A stretch of 56,057 nt of DNA, filler included, from Diploschistes diacapsis (GCA_023645945.1; 4 parts of 4 records of this genome joined end to end with filler, not necessarily neighbours in it), one strand, 5' to 3'; shown: positions 9,887-23,245, counted from the whole stretch's first letter. Program-made: numbers and translations. The notes: generated from the sequence alone by a model not told the origin.

Positions 9887-12652
9887 ATGTTATTGCGTTT
9901 GATATCCGCACCGTCACTACCAGTAGTGATCTTCCTCCTTCTCTCACGGAGTGCGCAGAATGTAGCCGCAAAGCCATCGCCACAAAGCACATACTCCGCT
10001 GCTTCTACGTGTCCTTCGAGGACTATCAATTACATTACCGCCACCCTTGCGCAGCAATGCCTTCGAAGCGGATGGAGCAACGAGCGAGTCACAAGTGGAA
10101 ACCCTCGGCCAGAAGAGCCCCTCGTCAGTAGTACTATCATTGTTTTAGGCTCGGATTCAACGATATCTACTCCTTCAGAACCGAGTGTGTCTTCGACAAC
10201 AGCTACAGTAGCGTCGGCGCGGCTATCGCAAACCGCAGAAGGGACGGTTTCACAAAGCTGGGAGGCTTCCTCCCAAACGCCGAATGCGCCCATGAATGCG
10301 ACCAGTGATGCTCCTCAGTCCAGCGCTGAGAGCGATGCTGATCCCCTCTCTGATAATGCAAATTTCTTATCCTTTGAGGAATGGAAAGCTCAAATGTTGA
10401 AAAGGGCTGGACAGTCACCAGAGCATGTCAGCGGCTCAGGAATTGTGGAGAGCAAAGGAGACAAAAGGGGGCGGCCTCCTGGGATCAACAACGCGCTCGA
10501 CTCCCTTGGTGAGGAAGGAGAGCTTGAAATCGAATTTGGTGGCTTCGTCACTTCAGATGCTACTTCAAGCGCTATCCCAGCTCAAGCTGGGGAGGGCGAG
10601 AAGAAGAGGACGGCAGATGAGAGCAATGAGGATAAGCAAAGAAAACAGAACAAAGATGCTGGCACTACGAGCAAGGAACGCTTCAATTTTGCGTCGTTTG
10701 ACTGCGCAGCTACTGTGCTTAAAACCAATCCGGGTTGCAAAGGAGCAACTTCAATTCTGCTCGAGAACAAAGATAGCTATATGCTTAATACATGCTCTAC
10801 AGACAACAAGTTCCTCATCGTCGAGCTCTGCAATGACATACTGATTGATACAATCGTCCTCGGAAATTTCGAGTTCTTTAGCTCTACTTTCAGACAGTTT
10901 CGAGTCAGTGTGTCGGATCGATATCCGGTCAAGTCGGACAAATGGAAGGAGATAGGCACATTTGAGGCACGCAACACTCGTGGTGTGCAGGCGTTCTTGG
11001 TGGAGAATGGAATAATCTGGGCCCGCTACCTACGCATCGAGTTCCTCTCTTACTATGGGAAGGAATATTATTGTCCTGTCAGTCTTCTCCGTGTCCACGG
11101 CAAGACGATGATGGATGACTACAGAGCCGATGTGAAGGCCTCTAGAGGCGAGGAAGATGGCGAGGATGACGAAGGCGAGGATGAGCCTGCCGAAAGGGTC
11201 GTTGCGGAGCCACTCAAAGAGCCGCCTTCGGAAGCTAAACAGTTAGAGACAAGAGAAACGGAGAGCATCGAGCTGGCCCAGTCCATCCCTTCAACTTGGC
11301 AAGATACGCCGCTCATTGACAAATGTCCACGAAAGACATCCTCAAGTCCTTTGATACAACAGGCGGAGCTCTTTGGGTCGACGTGCGGAAAGTCAGTACA
11401 GTTCTGTAACATGGCAACTGTCCAAACCATCAAACATAGCTCGATGCTGGATGCGACAGATACCAAGATCCCCGAAGTGATCACACCGAGCGCTCCAACC
11501 ATTCAGAAAGGTCCGACCAAAACAAAAGCCACTATTAACGAGAATTCGTCCAATTCGACCAAGGCAAAGGAATCCGCTAACCAAAACCCTCCAGAGGATT
11601 CTAACTCGAGAGCTTCGACGAGTTCAAATTCGAAAGGCAAGGGCAAGGACACAGCAACGCCGACTTCTAACGAGGCCTCAGAATCTTCGCACAAATCGTC
11701 TTCAAAACACCTAGAGACAACACGGTCTGCAAAGACGCAGTCCGAACAGGTAGCGGTATCTGCGACCAAAATCCCATCGACTCCGGTCCCGGCCACCCAG
11801 GAATCATTCTTTAAATTTGTTCACAAGCGCCTTCAACAGCTTGAAGCCAACTCAACCCTCTCTCTACAATACATCGAGGAGCAATCCCGTATTCTCCGTG
11901 AGGCTTTCACGAAAGTTGAAAAACGCCAACTTTCCAAAACCTCTACCTTCCTCGAAACCCTTAACACGACGGTCCTTAGCGAACTCAGAGAGTTTCGCAC
12001 CCAGTACGATCAGATATGGCAGTCCACCGTCCTCGAGCTTTCCTACCAGCGCGAGCAGAGCCAAAAAGAAGTCACGGCGCTCAGTCAGCGCCTCTCAATA
12101 TTGGCAGACGAAATTCTCTGGCAGAAGAGGATCGCCTACCTTCAATTCGGCCTCATTCTCTTATGCCTGGGCCTTCTCATCTTTCACCGCAATCAGAACA
12201 CTAATTTCAGCTCCTTTGACTTGCAAAATATGATGGCAAAACCCTCCTCTAGCTTCGCGCGGTATCTAAGCTTTGACAGTCCACCGGGCACGCCTTCCCG
12301 TCCAGGCTCGAGGTATGGACTTTTTGGTGGACGGTTCTCAAACCACCTGCGGGGCCCATCGCAGGATAACATGCTGTCTGACGACGAGGCGGGGAGTGCC
12401 AGGGCGCCGGATATTGAATACCAGCTTCCAACGCCGGCTGAATCGAGTGTAGACGGAGAGGAGACCGTGGAGCATAGAAGGGAGGGGAACGGGCTGCTGG
12501 GGAGTCCTGAAAAAGAGCCACTGATCAGAAGGGCTCTCAGTACGCCGAATCTGGGGACGGATTCCGATGCGCTACTGGATGCTGCAGACGCGGATGGAGA
12601 GAGGATAGAGGCAAGTGAGGGTGGGCTTGAAGACAGCAAGTCCGTGGGTTGA
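9887..12652 (+). CDS. SLP1: Mid-SUN domain ER membrane protein (Slp1/Sad1-UNC family)
   Basis: N-terminal signal-like segment; FLSFEEWK motif; SUN domain RFNFASFDCAATVLKTN...ENKDSYMLN...NFEFFSS...CPVSLLRVHG; coiled coil QESFFKFVHKRLQQLEANSTLSLQYIEEQS; TM segment IAYLQFGLILLCLGLLIF. Confidence 0.9.
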   Translation: MLLRLISAPSLPVVIFLLLSRSAQNVAAKPSPQSTYSAASTCPSRTINYITATLAQQCLRSGWSNERVTSGNPRPEEPLVSSTIIVLGSDSTISTPSEPSVSSTTATVASARLSQTAEGTVSQSWEASSQTPNAPMNATSDAPQSSAESDADPLSDNANFLSFEEWKAQMLKRAGQSPEHVSGSGIVESKGDKRGRPPGINNALDSLGEEGELEIEFGGFVTSDATSSAIPAQAGEGEKKRTADESNEDKQRKQNKDAGTTSKERFNFASFDCAATVLKTNPGCKGATSILLENKDSYMLNTCSTDNKFLIVELCNDILIDTIVLGNFEFFSSTFRQFRVSVSDRYPVKSDKWKEIGTFEARNTRGVQAFLVENGIIWARYLRIEFLSYYGKEYYCPVSLLRVHGKTMMDDYRADVKASRGEEDGEDDEGEDEPAERVVAEPLKEPPSEAKQLETRETESIELAQSIPSTWQDTPLIDKCPRKTSSSPLIQQAELFGSTCGKSVQFCNMATVQTIKHSSMLDATDTKIPEVITPSAPTIQKGPTKTKATINENSSNSTKAKESANQNPPEDSNSRASTSSNSKGKGKDTATPTSNEASESSHKSSSKHLETTRSAKTQSEQVAVSATKIPSTPVPATQESFFKFVHKRLQQLEANSTLSLQYIEEQSRILREAFTKVEKRQLSKTSTFLETLNTTVLSELREFRTQYDQIWQSTVLELSYQREQSQKEVTALSQRLSILADEILWQKRIAYLQFGLILLCLGLLIFHRNQNTNFSSFDLQNMMAKPSSSFARYLSFDSPPGTPSRPGSRYGLFGGRFSNHLRGPSQDNMLSDDEAGSARAPDIEYQLPTPAESSVDGEETVEHRREGNGLLGSPEKEPLIRRALSTPNLGTDSDALLDAADADGERIEASEGGLEDSKSVG

Positions 12653-13909
12653 ATTGATTTCGTAAATGTCCCCTATCACGAATTACACCTTCTAAGGTTA
12701 CTGTATCTGACCTGAAGCTGGGAGATTCATTGGCGATCTGGCGCATACGTCACACTGTCAGAGCCAACATTAGGTCGATACGAAAGGGATAAGCCAAAGT
12801 ACAGCGTCCGATTCGGAAATCAGAGTCTCCAGCACGAGTTCTTAGCCAAATTTAACAGCTCCGAGCTCAAGCTCAGCCGGCCGAGACCCGGAGACACATC
12901 ATGCAGACCCCACCCCAGACACGTCTCGGGTAGCGCGGTCTGTCCGCGGCAGCAAGCCCCGGCTGACTGCTGAGTCTTGCGAGCAACACAACGTACTGAC
13001 GAACAGACAGACAGGAAGACTTCCTAATTTGTGCTGCAACCGCAATCGCAACAGTGCGGCTTGCTCTCTCCCTCGTTCCCACTTTTGACTAGAGTTATCA
13101 AAGATACCATACCGGATTCCGATGCATACTAGTTGCATTGAACTACCCACGCAGGTTGGTGTGGTATCCTAATGACCTATCGGATTGAGTCAGGACTCGG
13201 GGGCAAAAGGCCAGGCGAGTGGAGGGAGAAACAGGGTTATCAATTATCATTGTGAATGCTTTGGTGAGATGAGCAGTTGACAGTCTCCTTAGTCCAGAAT
13301 AGGTACTAGAGAAGCGAAAGGATGACCTATAAGAAAACGCGGATTTGGTATGCTGACGGAGCTACAATTTTTAAAGAGATGACCGAGTCGCTGTTTGTTG
13401 ATACCTGGTTTCGGTTGGCCCTCTTGAAATCACCTTCTTACTACCTACCTCCAGCCAACGTTTCATGGTGCCTCTATCTATAACTTCGCTTCGAATCTCC
13501 TCATGAGGTTTTGCACGCAACCGTGATAACACAAATACAGGTACCATACCGGGAAATCCTGCTTGAAACGCCGTTCGAGCGATGTACTGGGTATGGTGTT
13601 GCTTGCGGTTATTACGATCGTGTGTCAAGCCACGGCCATAACCACCAACCGCCCCGTCCTATCTCCTTTCCCTTTCGCCAAGCTCCACTCCGCCCACTGC
13701 CGCCATGACAGGACGATCAACTCGGCCCACACAGCTCCATCAACCATCAACCACACCACTACCATCACAACTGCTATACGTCCAGTCCAGTCCCAGTCTG
13801 CTGTCAGCATGCTGTGAATGCGGCTCATGCACACTGGCAGCGCCTGCAAGCAAAGCATGACGCAGTCAAGCTTGTGCTTCCATGCAGACTGTTGGAAGCA
13901 TGTCCTCCA

Positions 13910-13979
13910 GGCAGACAGACAGATGCACAGATGGACGGACGGACAAACAGACAGGCAGACGTATGGATGGGCAGGCAGG
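13910..13979 (+). repeat. Imperfect (CAGA/GGAC/GGCA)n tetranucleotide microsatellite at contig end
   Basis: gcagacagacagatgcacagatggacggacggacaaacagacaggcagac...gggcaggcagg runs directly into the gap. Confidence 0.7.
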
Positions 13980-14079
13980 NNNNNNNNNNNNNNNNNNNNN
14001 NNNNNNNNNNNNNNNNNNNNNNNTTAATTAATTAANNNNNNNNNNNNNNNNNNNNNNNNNNNNNNNNNNNNNNNNNNNN
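13980..14079. other. Artificial contig-joining spacer (N-run + TTAATTAATTAA six-frame stop linker)
   Basis: 100-nt N/TTAATTAATTAA/N block, repeated identically three times in the window. Confidence 0.98.
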
Positions 14080-16890
14080 CCACAAAAACAACCACCCCAT
14101 TACTGAACACCCTCATCACATATCCCTCCTGCACCACCACCCTGCCCCTGAGCGCCTGCCCCACATAATACTCCACGCTCGCCCTCCCCGCCAGCTGGGC
14201 ATTGCGATGCCTCACATTGATATTCTTGCACACCGCCTCCGCCTTCGCCTTGGAGTTCAGGCTGGCGTGCACGGCCTCGTACCCGATCGCCGCCGCCAGC
14301 TGCCGGTGCGCCACGAGGTCCGCGTACCGGCGGATGGGCGACGTGAAGTGCGTGTAGATGTCCGTCGCGAGGCCGTAGTGCCGGAACTCGGGCTCCGCCG
14401 CGGCGAACGCGGGGAAGTACTCGGCGGACATCATGCAGCGGGTCGCGAGGATGCGGACCAGGGTGTTGAAGAACGGGTTGTGCGGGTCCGTGCAGCGGTC
14501 GAGGCTGTCGGCCAGCGCTTTCGACGACGAGGGGTCGAGCGAGAGGCCCTTCTTCACGGAGAGCTGGTTCGAGAGCTCGTCGAAGTTGGTGCGCGGCGGG
14601 GCGCCGTGGCGCCGGAGCAGGGCGGTGGCGGGGAAGGCGGAGTGGATTCTGCGCGCGACGGAGATGTTGGCTAGCAGCATGAATTCTTCCACCAGAGACA
14701 TGGTGGGGAGGTGCTGTTTTGTTTGGACGTCGGCGGGGTCCGAGGTCTCGGAGTCGGTGGTGGCTTGGATGCGCACTTCGGGGGAGGCGAGGTTCAGGGC
14801 GCCGGCGGCGATGCGTTTAGCGCGGAGTTTGCGCGACAGGGAGAGGAGCGTTCGCATGGAGGTTGTTAGGGGGTCGATTTGGCTGGCGTCATCGATTCGG
14901 AGTTGAGCTTGCTCGTAGGCGAAGGCTTCGCGGGAGGCGATGACGGATTTGGTGAATTTGACGCTGATGGTGTCGGCGGTGGAGGGGTCCAACTCCCAGA
15001 TTGTCGAAAATGCGTAGCGCTCCACGGAAGGTTTCAGAGAGCAGAGATCGGTCCCGAGAAGCATCGGAAGCATGTCGATGCGCTTATCAACAAGGTATAC
15101 GGTGGTGCCACGCATGGCGGCTTCAGAGTCCATGGCGTTGGAGGGCTTAACGAAGTGTGAGACGTCAGCTATGTGCACACCGACTTCGACGTTGCCGTTG
15201 GGTAGGGTACGGGCGTGGAGGGCGTCGTCGATATCTTGGCATCCTGGAGGGTCAATGCTACAGATCAGAAGGTCACGGAGGTCAGCGCGGTCTTTCCAGC
15301 CGGGAGAGTCCTTGTTAGGGGGAACTCGCCAACTGCGCCCTTCAGGAGGGAGGCAGTCCAGGACGGCTTTAGGGAAAGGTCTGTATTGGACGTCATACTC
15401 GAGGAGGAGGGCTTCGGTCTCTGCGCCTTTCGTTTCTAAATCACCAAGCGATCTAACAAAATGCCCAACAGGATATCTTGAATCTCGATCCCAGGTGTCG
15501 ATGGTGACCAGGATCCTCTTGCCTAGTAGCTCGCCGGTTTGCCTGGTTCGTATCCTGATTCGCGGAATTCTTTTGTCCATTGGTACCAAAAACACTGTCT
15601 GTTGCTTACGGCCTTGCTTGGCCGCGTCTCCGGAGCCGCCATCGATGTGGCCAACATACTGCCGCCAATTTCTCTTAACGATACCGACGACCTTGGCAGT
15701 AGGTTGTGGTCGTCCCTCAACAGCTTTGCCATGAACCTTCTTCACCTCTTCCTGCAAAGCGCGGCGCTCTTGCTCTGTGAACACGTTTTCACCCCCTTCT
15801 GTGTCGGCATTTTCATTTCGGTTCACAGCTTCCTCGTCAACTACCTTACTCGACGGCGCTTTCCATTGTGACTGAGGAAGCAGCTCAATCACAACCACGT
15901 CGCCAGAAACGGCTCGGTTGCTATTATCTCGCCCGAGAATGATCAAAGACTTTTCAAACGCTGGAACATGCACCGTACCCTCTAGGTAATTGTAGGTTGA
16001 TACGTTGAAGATCCCTTGATGGAGGGTACCAGCCTTGATACCAGTGTTGATTTTTGACCTCGAGTAATACTCTGCATAGATGTTCTCGCCTCCTTTGCTT
16101 TTGATATCTTTCTCAGACCGTGAGGCGCTTAACATATCAAGCAAGCGATCAGCATCATCCAATTGCGATACGTATGCCCTTAAAGAGCTTGCAGTGATGG
16201 ACTCCGCCTCTGCCTTTCGCAGGCTGTCTTTGTCATCGCTAAGTACAATAACAGTAGGACACTTCCTATTCTGGCCGTTCTCTCCAGCAGCTTGTTGCAG
16301 GTGCTCAGAGTACCATTTGGCAGCATAACGGATGGCTCTATCGTTTCTATCATTGATTGACTCGCCACTTTTCCGTAGGACATGAGTTTCGAGCCGAAAC
16401 TCATTGAAGAAAACGTAGAATCGCTTCTCCTCGCTCTTTGTAAGGCCAATTAGCCGGTTGTACAAGGGTAAAGAGCGGTTGCGCAGCTCCTCTAAGACTG
16501 TCTGCAGGATAATCACATCATAGAAAGCGGACGTCTGCTCGAATAAGTCCATTGCGTTGAGAAGCGCATTTGTATCTGGCATCAAGTAATGCCCGTTCGG
16601 GTAATCCTTGGTCCCTGCCGGCCGGTCTGAAAGCATGAACGGAAATGCTGAATACAATTAGTCAACTTCAGCGTTCCAAAGGGTCTCTATGTACCATTTC
16701 CGCTCGCATCGACTGGCACAATCGACAGGCAAGCCGAACATAGTTTCGAAGAACAGGGAATATCTTGTCTCAAATAAAGCTCTCGGACGATTTTCTGTAC
16801 TTTCCCACTTCGAGTAGATCGTACAAAGACTTTGCTTGATATATTAGACCCATGGGTATCAGATGCTATTGAGCGCTTTAAGCTCGTCAT
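14080..16890 (-). CDS. DIS3: Exosome catalytic subunit Dis3/Rrp44, 3'-truncated by the contig gap (intron 16648-16694)
   Basis: ATG 16890 (MTSLKRS...KIVRELYLRQDIPCSSKLC, CR3 region); PIN domain DTNALL...INDRNDRAIR; RNB catalytic motif SIDPPGCQDIDDALH; HYGLA...YTHFTSPIRRYAD. The ORF runs into the N-spacer within the S1 domain. Confidence 0.97.
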
Positions 16891-17185
16891 TCTATAGATC
16901 CTGATGGGCAACAAGCCTTATTACTCCAGAATCATTGCCCTCACAAGGAAAGTGCACCTTGTTGCCGATACCGATATGGCGATACTGAGTGGAGATATGA
17001 CCGGCTATCTCCGCTCAAGCACAAGATTCTCAGCTTACCAGCTTCAACCAGTGATAATGCCAAGCGGTTCATGTGCAGCGCCGCAGATTGGAGGATAACA
17101 CAACTGGACCTGTTTCCTACTGCTCTCCTCCTATATTTTCTGTGAATTCAGCTCTTCATTCCCTAATCAATCCTTAACTCTCAAA
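16891..17185. promoter_or_regulatory. Probable compact bidirectional promoter between DIS3 and VMA13
   Basis: Only 295 nt separate the two divergent ATGs. A CT-rich tract precedes the VMA13 ATG. Confidence 0.55.
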
Positions 17186-18731
17186 ATGTCATTAGATCCG
17201 CCGACTTATCTCAATTCTTTACAAAACAACATCCGGGCACGTCCAATACCATGGGAGGGCGCCGTAAGAGCCAACACAATCACCAGCGAGGATCTCAAGC
17301 GGATAAAGGCTGTAGATAAAGTACGAAAAGAGCAGAGGCGGAAGACGGTTGAAGAGAATTTCTCGGCTTATCGTTCATTGCTTCTTGGGGGTGATGGAAG
17401 CAAGAGCGTGTTACAATCAGCTTCTAGAAGGCCAGACGTTGTTCAATATATCTTAGTACTCTCCAGCGACCTTCTCAACGGTGAGAAATCTTAAGATAAA
17501 TTTAAACCATATGTTCCCCAAGGTCTAACGCCTTGCAGACATCCCAGATTTCGCATTCCAATTGCTAGATCACCCGGAACCGTACACACCGTTCCTTCCA
17601 CTGCTGACCTCTTCATCAAACCCAGAGGAGCCCATACCGTTACTGGCGTCCTCGGTCTTATCAAGTCTTATATCAAATGCTCAAACGAAATTCCCTAAGT
17701 CAACTCCAAAGACGGACGAGGCTCTCACAAAGCTATATGCGTACCTAGCGGGCCTAGTCAAGCACCAAGACAGCGGCCTGCAGGACATTGCAGTGCAGAT
17801 GGTCTCAGCAGTACTACGAACCCAGAACTCACGACAAACCTTCTGGAAACAACGTCAAGAGACCATTGGACCGCTGTTCGACATTCTCAGAGCTGCTGCA
17901 GGTACCAGCAGGGAAGGCGACTCCACGCTCGGATCAGGGGGAACTAGTGTCCGAGGAGGAGAGGGAGGAATCTCTGGCGGGGTCGGCATCCAGCTGCTCT
18001 ACCATGTCCTCCTAGCAGTGTGGTTGCTTAGCTTCGAGGGAGCCTCCATTGGAAACGAGCTTGAAGAGTATGCCACGCCTAACTCCATCAACAAATCCTG
18101 TCACTAACCCCTCCTTAGGGACCAAGAAATAACGGCCCTCTACACGCACCTCCTCCGCATTTCCCCAAAAGAGAAAACTACCCGCCTGCTCCTCTCAACC
18201 TTACTAAACATCTTTCTCCCTAATAAATCCGCTCTCTTCCCTATCGCCGTCTCTGTTCGCCTTCCTAGCCTCCTCGAGAACATAAAGTCCCGCCACCTTA
18301 CGGATCCAGATCTCCTCGAGGACCTGTCCTCACTGTCCGACATGCTCAACGAATACACTAGCTCCCAGACCACCTTCGATGAGTACGCCTCCGAAGTTCT
18401 TGCCGGACATCTGCGTTGGAGTCCACCTCACCGATCGCAGAGGTTTTGGGCAGAGAACGCACATAGGATCTTAGTGGAAAATCAGGGGGAGCTGCCGAAG
18501 AAGTTGTCGGAGATTTTGAGCAAGGGGTGGGAGAACGACAAGCAGGTGCTAGCTATTGCATGCAATGATGTCGGTTGGCTGGTCAAGCAGTGTCCGGAGA
18601 AAAGAGATGGGTTGGAAAAGTTGGGAGTTAAAGCAAGGGTCATGGAGCTTATGGCGGACAAGGACGAGGGAGTTCGGTGGGAGAGTCTAAGAGCTGTTGG
18701 GGAGTGGTTAAGATACAGCTTTGAGGGCTAA
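17186..18731 (+). CDS. VMA13: V-ATPase V1 subunit H (introns 17481-17538, 18068-18118)
   Basis: IRARPIPWEGAVRA N-terminus; QLLYHVLLAVWLLSFE; KEKTTRLL; TTFDEYASEVLAGHLRWSPPHRSQRFWAENA; LAIACNDVG. Both introns restore the frame. Confidence 0.95.
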
Positions 18732-19372
18732 GGGTGGAAGAGGCTTTGCACGACTGAGGGTGTATAGTTAAAGAGCAGCGAGCGCTGCTGATGGTTCCAC
18801 GAGCGAATGGATTGCTTGCTGGATGCTGTTGAGTCGGATTCCTCCTCGTAGGCACATTCCCTGTGCTTTGTCTGCGTATACTGCTCACGTCTCTTGTTAT
18901 ACGTTGTAGGTCCGTTGGAGCATCTACAGGCCTCTCTGCAGTTAGCTCACATAAGCGACTTCGAATCCAGTATCGAGTCGAGGATTGTTTTGTTTTATTT
19001 CTTTTTTCCCGACGGCACCAACTCGGATTGCGCTCTAATCCCCATTGGTGCTTTACATGGCGCTAAATATACTAATGTTGCGGTATGATGTTGTTACTGC
19101 TGCTGGTTTAGCAACACTAAGCATGATAGTAGAACAAAAGAGGTATGCCGGAGCTTTCTAATGAGATAAAGCTTGGCTAGATCGGTACTATCAATCGTGC
19201 CGGATGAGGTCCCTTGTCGATCAACGCATCGAGTAGAGCTAGTGATCCCGAAAAGCCTTGGCAGCTGCCAAGAAACACCCGTTCATCTGAAAGGACCTTC
19301 TGCAAATAAATAATAGTCTTCAACCTCAGTTTCTCTCTAGCATACCAACGTGCTCGTTCTTTAACCGCAAAT

Positions 19373-21415
19373 ATGGAGGTCTCACGAGGCCCTCCACGAG
19401 TGAAGAATAAGGCGCCTGCGCCCGTTCAGATCAGCGCAGAGCAGCTACTCCGAGAAGCAGTTGACCGACAGGAACCCGGCTTACAGGCCCCTACACAGCG
19501 CTTCGCTGACCTCGAGGAGCTCCATGAATTCCAGGGTCGTAAGCGTAGGGAGTTTGAGGATTATGTGCGCCGCAATAGGGTTAACATGAATAATTGGATG
19601 CGGTATGCGGCATGGGAGCTCGAACAGAAAGAATACCGGCGGGCCAGATCGGTTTTCGAGCGCGCGCTGGACGTCGACTCGAGCAGTGTCCAGCTATGGC
19701 TCAGGTACATTGAGGCGGAAATGAAGACGAGAAACATCAACCATGCACGCAACCTCCTTGATCGGGCGACCACAATATTGCCGAGGATAGATCGACTTTG
19801 GTATCGCTACGTCTGGATGGAGGAGACACTGGGCAATATAACAGGTGCAAGGAGCGTATTCGAGAGGTGGATGAGCTGGGAGCCAGATGAGGCAGCATGG
19901 ACTGCGTACATCAAGCTGGAGAAGCGATATTCAGAAATCGATCGAGCCAGAGCAATCTTCGAGCGGTTTCTATCGGTTCATCCGGACGCAAAGAACTGGA
20001 TCAAGTGGGCAAAATTTGAGGAAGAGAATAATGGGGATGCCGATGACGTAAGAAATATATTTGGGCAGGCCGTTGAGACTCTAGGCGATGCTTTCATAGA
20101 CGAGAGACTGTTTATGGCGTACGCGCGATTCGAGGCCAGATTGAAAGAATATGATCGAGCTCGGGCGATATACAAATTTGCTTTGGACAAACTTCCGCGC
20201 TCCAAGGCAGCTATACTCCATAAATCGTATACCACATTCGAAAAGCAATTTGGTGATCGTGAAGGGGTTGAGGATGTCATATTGTCAAAACGCCGAGTAC
20301 AATATGAAGAACAAGTAAAGGCAAATCCCAAGAATTACGATGCATGGATAGATTTTATTCGCATGGAAGAGACGGGCAGCGACATTGATCGTGTACGGGA
20401 CGTTTACGAAAAAGCAATCGCCCAACTTCCACCTACACAGGAGAAACGTCATTGGCGCCGGTATATTTATTTATGGATCTTCTATGCACTCTACGAAGAA
20501 ATGGAAACGAAAGACATTGCACGAGCCCGTCAGATATACATCGAGTGCCTGCGTTTGGTACCGCATAAAAAATTCACATTTGCCAAAATCTGGATTTTCA
20601 AGGCTCAGTTCGAGATTCGTCAAGGCGACTTATTAGCCGCTCGAAAAACAATGGGTCAGGCAATCGGCATGTGCCCGAAGGATCGGCTTTTCAAAGGCTA
20701 CATCGACCTGGAGCTGAAGCTTTTTGAGTTTGTACGATGTCGTACGCTTTACGAGAAGCAGATCGAGCACAGCCCGTCAAACTCCTCAGCATGGATTAAG
20801 TTCGCCGAGCTGGAGCGGGGTCTGGGCGACATAGATCGTGCTAGAGCCATATTTGAGCTAGCAGTTGCACAAGCGACGCTGGACATGCCGGAGCTCGTAT
20901 GGAAAGCCTACATCGACTTCGAAGAGGAGGAGGCGGAGGAGGACGGTCAATACGGTCGCACACGAGCCTTGTATGAGCGTCTCCTATCGAAAACCGATCA
21001 CGTCAAAGTCTGGATCTCGTATGCACAGTTCGAGCTCAATGTGCCAGATCCCAATACGGAAGAGCCAGAAAACGAGGACGAAGAGCGCCCACCGGCGGCT
21101 GCGTCTATCGTTGGCGCCCGGGCCGTCTTCAGCCGAGCTTACGAGCATCTCAAACTCCTCAACCAGAAGGAGGAACGTTTTGCGCTGCTGCAAGCCTGGA
21201 AGGCCTTTGAAGCTGCCAATGGCAGCGAAGAGGATGGGAAGAAGGTGGAGGCGCTGATGCCGAAGAGGGTCAGGAAGAGGAGAAAGCTGGATGATGAGAG
21301 TTTCGAGGAGTACCTGGATTTGGAATTCCCCAAGGACAACGAGGGCGTACCAAAGCTGGGCCGGTTGATGGAGATGGCAAAGAAGTGGAAGACGGAGCAG
21401 GCTACAGCGAGCTGA
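19373..21415 (+). CDS. CLF1: Crooked-neck HAT-repeat splicing factor (NineTeen complex)
   Basis: [22 protein letters not shown]-terminus; repeated HAT units ([32 protein letters not shown]). Intronless 680-aa ORF. Confidence 0.96.
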   Translation: MEVSRGPPRVKNKAPAPVQISAEQLLREAVDRQEPGLQAPTQRFADLEELHEFQGRKRREFEDYVRRNRVNMNNWMRYAAWELEQKEYRRARSVFERALDVDSSSVQLWLRYIEAEMKTRNINHARNLLDRATTILPRIDRLWYRYVWMEETLGNITGARSVFERWMSWEPDEAAWTAYIKLEKRYSEIDRARAIFERFLSVHPDAKNWIKWAKFEEENNGDADDVRNIFGQAVETLGDAFIDERLFMAYARFEARLKEYDRARAIYKFALDKLPRSKAAILHKSYTTFEKQFGDREGVEDVILSKRRVQYEEQVKANPKNYDAWIDFIRMEETGSDIDRVRDVYEKAIAQLPPTQEKRHWRRYIYLWIFYALYEEMETKDIARARQIYIECLRLVPHKKFTFAKIWIFKAQFEIRQGDLLAARKTMGQAIGMCPKDRLFKGYIDLELKLFEFVRCRTLYEKQIEHSPSNSSAWIKFAELERGLGDIDRARAIFELAVAQATLDMPELVWKAYIDFEEEEAEEDGQYGRTRALYERLLSKTDHVKVWISYAQFELNVPDPNTEEPENEDEERPPAAASIVGARAVFSRAYEHLKLLNQKEERFALLQAWKAFEAANGSEEDGKKVEALMPKRVRKRRKLDDESFEEYLDLEFPKDNEGVPKLGRLMEMAKKWKTEQATAS

Positions 21416-22303
21416 AGATCTATGTAGAGAATTGGTAGGTAGAAGAGTATTCATGCTTAGGTATGCTCCAACCTTCCGAAATCCGATGCATCGGTACAAT
21501 ATCGATACTAAAAAGTGTCGATTAAAAAGTGTATAGCAATAGTGAATTACACACCACAGAACCTAAACGGGAAGCCTTTCTGGTGACACATTACCCGATT
21601 AGGCAAATGCGGGAAGGAGCTCGCTACATGTACCCAGTAGGTGCACCTCGAGGGGAATTTCTGCGCGTATCGTTTTGTCCAGGGCACAGAAAACCACAGC
21701 TGTTTTTATTCAGAGTCTTATCCTGATGTATATAGTTAGAGTTCTACTTTGGTAGAGAGGATACAGAGGTAGTATTAGCCAACAACAGGAACAGAGCAGC
21801 GGAAAGGGGATACCTTTGGCCCGGCTTGCCCTTACGGATTAGGTCACGGCGCACACCAATGACACGCAAAAAAGCAGCTTTCCAACACCTGGAAGATGAG
21901 AGGGCAAAGTATAGTAGATACTAGAAATTGAACTTTATCGGAAGATTGATGATTGCCCAGTATTTTAGGTGAAGCTCCTCAGGTAATTTGTGCACGACTG
22001 ACTACCTGTGCAATGCAATACATACATAGTGGGAACCGGCACAGAGCGGACGTACTGAAATCGTGAGGGTTTTTTTTTTCTGCACATTCTTTTTCTTCCG
22101 CACCATTTTCTCCCCGCCCACCCCATCTACCACCCAGATATCTTTCCCTTCCTTTTTCTTCAATTATCATCAGAGTGATCAACTTGTTAAGGTTAAGGCA
22201 GAAATTTGCGAACACAAAACAAAACAGAGCGCAAAATTCTTTCAAGTCACTTGCGAAGCTTCAACAGGAGCTCCGCTAAGCGACTGATTGCTGCGCACCT
22301 ACG

Positions 22304-22304
<1 letters not shown>

Positions 22305-22336
<32 letters not shown>

Positions 22337-22337
22337 A
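22305..22337 (+). repeat. (GCCA)8 microsatellite
   Basis: Read directly. An (ATT)n tract also lies at about 22413-22445. Confidence 0.9.
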
Positions 22338-23245
22338 CCTCTCCCGCCCAGCCAGTGGGTGCCCGCTTCTGCCCTCTAACTTCGTCCTCATACGAAGTAC
22401 AAACGGTTTTTTGATTATTATTATTACTACTATTATTATTGTTACTATTTATTTTTCTTGCCCAACCCAAATAATCAGCCCGCAGCTTGCTGGCCCTACT
22501 ACCAACTTCATGGTAGCCTGCTTCGCCTTGAAAGCTCCAGGAAAAATACTATTCGACAAACCGACAAACCAACAACCCTTTCACAAATCACCTTTTGGCT
22601 TAGTTGTTCCTTCCTCCCGCTCCGTATCTTGCTTGTTGCAGCCATCTCCCAAAAGGTCCGTATTTCAGACGAGCTTCAATAGCTGCCTCGCCTAGGAAAT
22701 CAAAAGCTAATAGCTCAAAAACCCTGTATAGAGTGTTTGCTGTCTGCCACAGCTGTCAGTACGCTTAATTACGCTCTCTACGACTCCTCAACCCTTCAGT
22801 CCACTTCCCAAGCGACCGTGCGCTTCCAATCTAGCGGTACAGGTCTTGCAGGCAAAAATTTTCGAGCGCCAGGATTTCTCTCCCGTCTGTTCCTGAATTC
22901 ACATTCAGACATATCTAGCTCACCTCAGAATCCTTAGTGAATCGTCATTTTAGGACAGCGCAAACTTCTTCCAGCCCTGATTGCCTGCTTGACCTTCCAG
23001 TTCGAAAGATAGAAAAGCCTGCTAAAAAAACGAGATTTCTTGACTGTCTTCGAGCCTCGTAGCTTGAGGAAGGCGGAGCTTGGGGTGCTCGAGGTGGGGG
23101 AGGGAGCTTGTTAGCTTCTGTCCCTTGAACTGGTGTTGAAGTTATTCACACATAGCCCGCCTTCTCAACTGACGAAGCCTGACGTTATCGAAACATTCCT
23201 TTCACCCCAGTCGACGTACATACAATATTCATATCAAGAAGCCAG

